In this document: in pieces, positions 54,480 to 64,000 of the stretch
Layout: every line of letters starts with the position of its first letter
Numbering within the stretch: the stretch's first letter is position 1
Assembly: GCF_963921235.1 (NCBI RefSeq)
Contig: NC_086124.1
Span: 15,562,001 to 15,626,000 of the forward strand
From: Mobula hypostoma
Lineage: Eukaryota
Direction: 5' to 3'
DNA length: 64,000 bases
Position numbers and translations under genes: made by a program
Notes under the pieces: model-generated
What the model saw: only the letters and a program-made list of their open reading frames with translations
Told to the model about the DNA's origin: nothing
The model's database searches: none

Positions 54480-55780
54480 ATGATTTGGTAAGTGAATACG
54501 TGGCTGAGGAACTGGTGCAGGAATTCAGATTTATCGATCATTGGAATCTCTTCTGGGGAAGGTAGGGCCTGTACAAAAGGGACGGGTTACATCTGAACCC
54601 AAGGGGTACCAATATCCCTGTGGGCAGGCTTGCTAGAGTTGTTCGGGAGGGTTTAAACTGATCTGGCAGGGGGATGGGAACTGGAGTGATAGTGCTGAGG
54701 ATGAGGTAGTTGGTTTACAAATAGAAGCTGTGTGTAGTGAGACAGGTAGCAAGGAGAGGCTGATAATAGGGCAAAATTGCAGACAACAGGATGAGTTGCA
54801 ATGTAACAGGTGGACAAAATCGAAAGGGGTGAATACAAGGCTGAAGGTGTTTTATTTGAATGCGTACAGTACACGGAATAAGGCAAATGAACCTGTAGCG
54901 CAGTAACACAATGATATTGAAATCACCAAATTATGGCTGAGCAAAGATTGTAGCTGGTAGCTTAATGTCTAAGGATACACATTGTATGGAAAGGAGAGGC
55001 AGGTAGGCAGAGGGGGTGGTGTGGTTCTGTTGGTAAAAAATGTAATCAAATCATTAGAAAGATGTGACATAGGGCTGGAAGGAGTTGAAACCCTGTGGGT
55101 AGAGTTCACAAAATACAAGGATATAACTCCCTGAAAGCCAATGTAAGGGCCAAAGGGAAGGCGTTTAATTGAGATAAAATTAATGGAAAGTTATAGAGAA
55201 TTGGGAAGCTGTTAAAACCCAACAGAAGGCAACTAAAAAAAGTCAAAGTAGGAAAGAAGAAATACGCAGTTGAGCGAGCCAGTAATATTAAAGAGGATAT
55301 CAAAAGTTTCTGAAGATAGATAAACTGCAAAAGAGAAGTGAGAGTAGTTATCAGACTGCTGTAAAATCATATTGGAGAGGTAGTAATTGGGGACAAGGAA
55401 ATGTTGGATGAACTGAATAAGTATTTTGCTTGTGTCTTCACTGTGGAAGGCACTAACAGAGATGAAGTTTGAGTGTGTCAGCAGGCAAAAAGTGTGAAGT
55501 TGCCATGACTAGTGAGAAGATTCTTGGAAAACTGAAAGGCCTGAAGGTAGATAAGTCACTGCACCAGATGGTAAACACCTCAGGATTCTGAAAGAAGTTG
55601 CTGAAGAGATTGTTGAGGCATTATCTGTATAAAGAAGATGATGGGATATGGACATGGTGTAGGTAGGAGGGATTAGTCTTTGGCTGTTTTTGATTTGCTT
55701 TTCAGCTGGTTGGGAACAACACTGCGGGTCGAATGGCCTGTTCCTGTGCTGTATTCTTCTATGTTCCGTGTTTTATGTCC
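54480..55780 (+). mobile_element. CR1 fragments (ORF1 esterase end, endonuclease start, 3' tail)
   Basis: Remnants RDGLHLNP, YLNAYS..NK and RGGGVVLLVK. Confidence 0.8.
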
Positions 55781-56719
55781 TATATTTCATATGCCATAAA
55801 CTTCTATAGATGTGTGGTGGAAAGTATACTTACCGACTGCATTACAGCTGGTATGGAAAGGCCCCAATGTCCGTTCCATTAGGAATGCCCTACAAAAAGC
55901 AGTGGGTATGGTTCAGTCCATCATGGGCAAAGTCCTCCCTGCCATGAGCACATCGTTTCAGGTAGCCATAATCGGGGATCCCCACCACCCAGGACATGCT
56001 GTCTTCTCACTGCTGCAAAGGTAAGTGCTGCAGGACTTACGCCATCAATTTTAGGAATGGTTATTATCCCACAGCAATCAGGCTCCTGAATCAAAGGGGA
56101 TAAATTCACTTCATCATTGAAACTTTTCCACAACCTGGTCTCACATTCAAGGGCTCTTCACCTCATGTTCTCAATGTATATTACTTAGTCATGATTAATA
56201 TTATTTCTTTTTGTACTTGCACAGTTTCTGTCTTTTGCACAGTGGTTGAATGCCCAAGTTAATACTGTCTCATTTATTCTATTAGGGTCAGTATTGTTAT
56301 GGAATATATTGAGTATGCCCACTAGAAAATGAATCACGCTTGTTGGTGGTAACAGATATGTACCTTGATAATAAATTTACTTTGAACTTTTCATCTGAAT
56401 GTGCTGTTACTTCCATCTCCCATCTATATTTTACGTTTTCCTGTTCAGCCCCAACCCCAGGTTCCCAGTTGGCAGTGTCGCCCGAAGCAGAGTGAGCGGC
56501 TTTTGATTGGTGCAGCCAGGGATTGTGATTTGTTCCCTCTGCTATCCAATTAAAGGATTTGTCGAAATAAATTCGATGAGCGATTGGTCTTTTCAAGCCG
56601 CCAATGAAAATGCTCGGATTCCCCATTCCTCATTAGCATACCGCAGTGAGCGCTGCCTATTTAATTCGCGCTCCGACGATTTGTTTTGTTTATTACTGTG
56701 TCTCAACTCAGCCGAAGAA

Positions 56720-57091
56720 ATGCCCGATCAGAAACCTGCTCCCAAGAAGGGCGCTAAGAAAGCGCTGCCGAAGCCATCAGGCAAGTCTGGCAAGAAGCGC
56801 AGGAGGCTGAGGAAGGAGAGTTACTCCATCTATATCTACAAAGTGATGAAGCAGGTTCACCCCGACACCGGCATCTCCTCCAAGGCCATGAGCATCATGA
56901 ACTCGTTCGTGAACGACATTTTCGAGCGCATCGCTGGCGAGGCTTCCCGCTTAGCCCATTACAACAAGCGGTCGACTATTAGCTCCCGGGAGATCCAGAC
57001 CGCAGTGCGCCTACTGCTCCCCGGGGAGCTGGCCAAGCACGCCGTGTCGGAGGGAACAAAGGCAGTGACCAAGTACACCAGCTCCAAGTGA
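56720..57091 (+). CDS. H2B: Histone H2B (protein identical to 28494-28865)
   Basis: ATG at 56720, stem-loop 57124-57139, octamer-like ATTAGCAT at about 56632 and TATTTAA upstream. Confidence 0.97.
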   Translation: MPDQKPAPKKGAKKALPKPSGKSGKKRRRLRKESYSIYIYKVMKQVHPDTGISSKAMSIMNSFVNDIFERIAGEASRLAHYNKRSTISSREIQTAVRLLLPGELAKHAVSEGTKAVTKYTSSK

Positions 57092-57905
57092 AGAGTGCTG
57101 CCAAAACAAACCGAAAACCCAAAGGCTCTTTTAAGAGCCACTCACTATTTCATTAACAGAGCTTCATGATCTAGTTCATATTTTATTCTTGTTAATCAGA
57201 ATATGCTGTCCACTGCTCGATATAATAGCAATGTCTCTTCCACACGAATATATTGCCCCTCCTCGTCACTTGTAATGGACACTTGCTGTTCCTTCTTGTT
57301 TAATTGTTTTGGGGGATGAGCTTTATTAATTTCTGTCCCATTTTGAAAACTTCTCCGAAGCCCATTTCAATGCTAGACGGTTCTTTAACTTGGTGAAACT
57401 GCAGTCCTAGTTCGTTCAGAACCTCATGCAATTCACATAATGGCTGACCGGGAACTGAAACTGAGAATCAATTTTTGTTCTAACCCAGTAAGTCGTAGAA
57501 TTAAATCCTCAGACTCGTTTGCAACATTAGCTACACTTAAAAGATTAGATGTAGCGGACTTCAGTAAAGGGTGAATGCGGAGAACAATCCGACAAGCAAA
57601 ACACACAACGCTGGAGGAAGTCAGAAGCCATCTATGGAAAAAAAAGGTTCAGGTTTGAACAAAATGATTTTTGGCGGGCTGTTACAAAACAGTTCATTTT
57701 TTTGGTGAGTAAACGGTTATTTTCCGCACTTTTGCTTTTGATTGGTAAGTGGATCAGCGGACTCCAGTAATTAGTGAATGTGGAGATGCAATAATTTCAT
57801 TTTAGATAAGCTTTAAACAAAGGATTTTTGGCGGGCTGTTCCGCATTTCAGTTTATTTTGGGAGAATGAGCGATTATTTTCCATGACTCTGCTGCTGTTT
57901 CTTGA

Positions 57906-58457
<552 letters not shown>

Positions 58458-58769
58458 AGACACAAAATCTGAACCCAGTGACCCAAAGGCTCTTTTCAGA
58501 GCCACTCACAGTGTCTGTGAAAGGGCTGCTCTGCGGATACGCTGAACACGGAGGAAAGAACTCTGGTTTCGCTATCACTGCGAAGCGTTTCTGAGTAAAT
58601 TATATGTAAATTATTTTTTGCTTTTGCTGAACGAGTCGACATTGGTTGTGCAGGGATAGTTTACTGAATTACCTCCGGAGCTGAGGGAGTTTCCTGCTCG
58701 AGTCTGCAAAAAGTGTATCGCGGAGAGATGGTTGGGATCAATTTTATATTTACTGCGGGTTCCATATTG

Positions 58770-60460
58770 AAGGTTAGTAGGCCATTTGGCCCATCAGATC
58801 TGTTCGCTATTCAATCATGGGTGATTCTTTTTTCCGTTCCTCAGCCCCACTCCCAACATCCCTCCCCATTAACCTTTGATGCCCTGTCCAATCAATAACC
58901 TATCAAGATCTGACTTAAATACACTCAATGATCTGGCCTCCACAGCTGCCTGTGGTAATAATTTCTAAAAATTCACCACCATCTGGATAAAGAAATTTCT
59001 CCACATCTGTTTTAAAAAAAATGGACGACCATCTATCCCTGTTGTCCTCGACTCACCCACCATGGGAAACTTCCTTTCCACACCTAATCTGTCTAGGCCT
59101 TTCAACATTCAAAAGGTTTCAATGAGGTCCTCCCAATCCTTTTTCTCCTCATCCTTCTAAATTCCCTTGAGTACAGACACAGAGCCATCAAACGTTCGAC
59201 AGATGATAATCCTTTCATTTCAGCAATCATCCTGGTGATCCTTCTCTCCAATGCCAGCACAACTTTTCTGAGATGAGGTGACCAAAACTGTTCACAATAC
59301 TCAAGGTGAGGCCTCACCAATGCCTTATAAAGCCTCAGCAACACATCCTTGCTCTTGTATTCGAGACCTCTTAAAATGAATGCCAACGTACAGCATTTGT
59401 GATCCTCGCCACTGACTCTGTCTGCAAGTTAACATTTCGGGTGTTCTCTACAAAGTCCCATTGGATTTTTTCTCTGTTTTGAAATAGTCTGCACGTTTAT
59501 TTCTACAACCAAAGTTGATGACCATGCATTTTCCAACATTGTGTTTCATTGCCAACATTGTCCATTATTCCAGTCTGTCTTAGTCCATGTGCAGCCTACC
59601 TGCCCCTCCAGCAATCTTCATATCAGCTGAAAACCTGGCAACAAAGCCATCTATTCCATCATCTAAATCATTGATATTAAAAGAAGTGGTCCCAACACTG
59701 ACCACTACTCACTGGCAGCCAAGCAGAAAAAGATCCTTTTATTCCCACTCGCTGTCTTCTACCAATCTAGTAAGCAGTCTCATGTGTGGCACCTTGTCAA
59801 AGGCCTTCTGAAAGTCCAAATATAGAAAGAACATCCACTGCATCCCCTTTATCTATCCTATGTGTAATCTACTCAAAAGAATTCCAACAGGTTTGTCAGG
59901 CAGGATTTTTCCTTAGGAAGCCAAGTACTCCAGAATCTCATCCTTAACAATTTACTCCAACATCTTCCCAACCACTGAGGTCAGGTCTATAATTTCCTTT
60001 CTACTGCCTTTCTAAAAGAGTGGAGTGCCATTTTCAACTTTCCAGGCCTCTGGAGGTTTGCCAGAGTCCAATGATTTTTAAAGATCATTACTAATTATCC
60101 CACAATCTCCACCACTAGCCCTTTCAGAATCTGAGGGTGCAGTTCATCTGGTCAGGTGACATGTATCCTTAGGTCTTTCAGCTTTTTGAGCATCTTCCCC
60201 CTTGTAATAGTAACTGCACCCACCTCTCTTCCCTCACACCCTTTAACATTTGGCACACCGCTAGTGTTTTCCACAGTAAAGACTAATGCAAAATACTCAT
60301 TTACGTCATCTGCCATCTCCTTGACCCCTGTTATTATTTCTTCAGCCTCATTGTTTAGCAGTTCTATGTCCACTCTCATCTCTCTTTTTTAATACACTTG
60401 AAAAAGCTTTTACTACCCACTTTGATATTGGCAGTAACATTACTATCATATATCCTGTAT
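58770..60460 (-). mobile_element. CR1 LINE, degenerate
   Basis: YKALVRPHLEYCEQFWSP; 3' tail at about 58775. Confidence 0.85.
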
Positions 60461-62088
60461 AACTGATGCAAAATCTCTTCAGATGTGTTTTCAATTCTTG
60501 GAAAATTAAATGATGGTTTTATCGAAATAGAACAAACGCAAAGAGATGAGTACAGTATTGAAATTCAAGTAAAACACAGCTTAGGCAGCAAAGACAGAGA
60601 AACAGAGTTAGCATTTCAAGCAGAAGCCTTTTCATCTGATAACATTCTGCTGACATGCTTTATTGCATATTTTTTTCCTGCCAAAATGTGCAATCTCACT
60701 TCCTCCCATAATTTCCCCTCCTTACCCCATCTTCCCTACTTATGTTCCCATCTCTCTTTATGTCACCAGTAAGTCCAGAAATCACGATGAGCTTTCGCTT
60801 TCTTGAATACCCTGTGAAAGAGCAGCTTCTCAAATGGACATCTCAGTTCAGCGCAACCACTCTTCCCTTTATCCACAGATTATGTTAGTACACCAAAGAT
60901 TTCAATGTATTTGCTGAATGTGGAATCACTTTCTCAAAGCCCTGTTCACTTTGCCAGATTTCTTGAAGTTTTGGAGATGTGCAATTATTCCCTTTGTGGT
61001 TACAGATTCAAATGTTTTTGGGACAGATGGTTAACTGTAAGTAGGTGACCAGACCTGTTCTCAATACTCCAAATTAGGCCTCATCAACATGTTACACAAC
61101 TTAACACCCCAACTCCTGTACTCAGTGTTTTGATTTTTGAAGGCCACTGTGTCTACAGCTCTATTTACAGTCCTTGCTACCTGTGAGACCACTTTCAAGG
61201 AATAATGGGTCTGTATTCCCAGATCACACTGCAAGCTTCGACAGTCTTCCTCGTTATCCACTACATCCCCATTCTTTGTTGATCCATTTTACAATATAAT
61301 CACTCAGTTTGTGATATAGATGACAAAAAAAAAACGGACCTGGCACTGATCCCTGCTTAAGAGGGGAGGTGATTTAAATATAGAAAATGATGAGGAGTGG
61401 AGATAGTGTAGGTTACAGAGACTCCCCCCCCCCCCCATATTAGGAGCAGATAAAACTGCAGGACATGGGGTTTGGTTGAAGGGATAACAGGTTAAGAGAG
61501 GATTTGTTCACCCAGACGGTGGTGAGTTCCTGGAACACTGTACCGGAGAGAGTGGTGGAAGCAGAGTCGCTGATGGTATTTTCAAAATGTCACGTAAATT
61601 CCCAGGCTACGGAGCAAGTGCTGGAAGAATGAAATAATATGGATGGATTCCCATTGGTTGGTATCGATGTGATGGGCCAAATGGCCTGTAATCCTGCTGA
61701 AACTTTCTATAAAAATCGGAATCAATGAATCTCTCCTACAAGAAACACGCAAACCTGATAAATATGATTCACCGTATTCACCATCTCTCGCTCTGTCCTC
61801 ATTAACCATTTCCACCTGGCCCTCGTTTATTCCAACGGTTTATCCAGAACGCTGACGCTGTTCTGTTGCGGCTAAACCACTGGAAATTGACGGTCGTGGA
61901 GCTGAACGATGAGAGGCCGCTCTCTGCTCTGTCCGTCCGCCTGCCTTTGTCTCCACCCCTCCCCGACTCTCCCTCTCTCCGCAATGTTCGTCACCGTCTC
62001 CACCCCTTACCGCCTCTCTGCCTTTCTCGGGCAGGTCGGGGCGCTGCGTATAAAAGGAGGCAGCAGCAGTCGGTTCGTCACTGAGTGA

Positions 62089-62409
<321 letters not shown>

Positions 62410-63085
62410 GGAACTCCTGATTCTGAACACAACACAAAGGCTCTTTTAAGAGCCACCCACCACCTCAGAGAGAGAGAGCAGTGACCCGGAGCAGAAATAG
62501 ATGATAAACAGAATCGTTTATTGGAGAACACACCCTTTCTGTGTTTATCCGTACTTTCATTATTCCAGTAGCTAGAGTTTAGAAAATGCAAATGCAATTA
62601 AAGTTATAATACTTTATAACTGTTCCGTAAAAGTAACTCTCTCAAAGTAATATTCCCAGGAAGGTTATTTATAAAGAAAACTAACGGCCAATCATTTCGA
62701 CCCGTCTGAATTCCGACCGCCAGTCACACATCGGTATCGGGGTACAGATGATTTTAAACCCGACGGGCGGCTGCTTGAATTCGATAACGGATATGAAGCC
62801 GATCGCAGCGCTGGGGCCCTAGACGCGATCGGAGCGGACATTCAACTCCCAGCAGTCGGCGGACTTCCCCGCTCCGACATTTCAGACTGTGCACCCACCG
62901 TTAACCCTTTCGTTTTGCACCAGTAAGGAATTTCAATGCACCCTGCTTGCCAATTAGTACAACAATCTAATCCGGACAAGAGCCCTTTCCCCCGCGCTTA
63001 AGGTATCCACAGAGCAGCCCTTTCACAGACACTGTGAGTGGCTCTGAAAAGAGCCTTTGGGTCACTGGGTTCAGATCAGGTCACT

Positions 63086-63637
<552 letters not shown>

Positions 63638-64000
63638 TCAAGAAACAGCAAGTGTCACGGAAAATATCCGCTCATTCTCCTAAAAGAAACTGAAATTTGA
63701 AACAGCCCGCCAAAAATCCTTTGTTTAATGCTCATCTAGAATGAAATTATTGCATGTCTGTTTGTCGGCTTGATTTCCACATTCACTAATCACTGGAGTC
63801 CACCACATTTAATGGAAGTGTAGCTACTATTGCAACACTGGCTGGGGATTTAATTCACCGATTTCTTTAAACTAAGAAACGCTCAGAACAAAACCCGCTT
63901 CTCAGCTTCTGTTCGCCGTTTGCCATTGTTCGCGCATCAGGTTATGGACCAAGCAACACTCACAACACGCTGGAGGAACTCAGTAGGTCGGACAGCATCC

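Noticed and set aside
56507-56719. 71-aa N-terminal extension of H2B in the ORF track
   Set aside because: It runs through the CCAAT, octamer and TATA promoter elements and is absent from the paralog at 28865.

Overview
Vertebrate genomic DNA. The repeat content (CR1-clade LINEs dominant, KRAB-less C2H2 array) suggests a cartilaginous fish; this is an inference. The window is a repeat-dense replication-dependent histone cluster. Intact genes are 3x H4, 3x H2A, 3x H2B (two sequence types) and 1x H3.2, all with 3' stem-loop and HDE. There is also a series of H2A relics and a tail-only H1 pseudogene, arranged in segmental and inverted duplications. The window opens with the 3' part of a defective class I endogenous retrovirus (integrase, env, 3' LTR) inserted in a CR1 LINE. 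It also holds a 14-finger C2H2 zinc-finger gene whose CpG-island promoter region appears split by a near full-length RNase H-bearing (Nimb/I-group) LINE. Less obvious signals include: a ~100-bp TSD-flanked mobile unit containing a complete minimal type I hammerhead ribozyme core (13011-13048), with relatives forming long palindromes; a conserved non-coding module between convergent H4 and H2A genes (3 copies); CDE/CHR-spaced elements upstream of H2A and H3; and an orphan CpG promoter at about 12.2 kb. Repeat boundaries are approximate unless a TSD is given.
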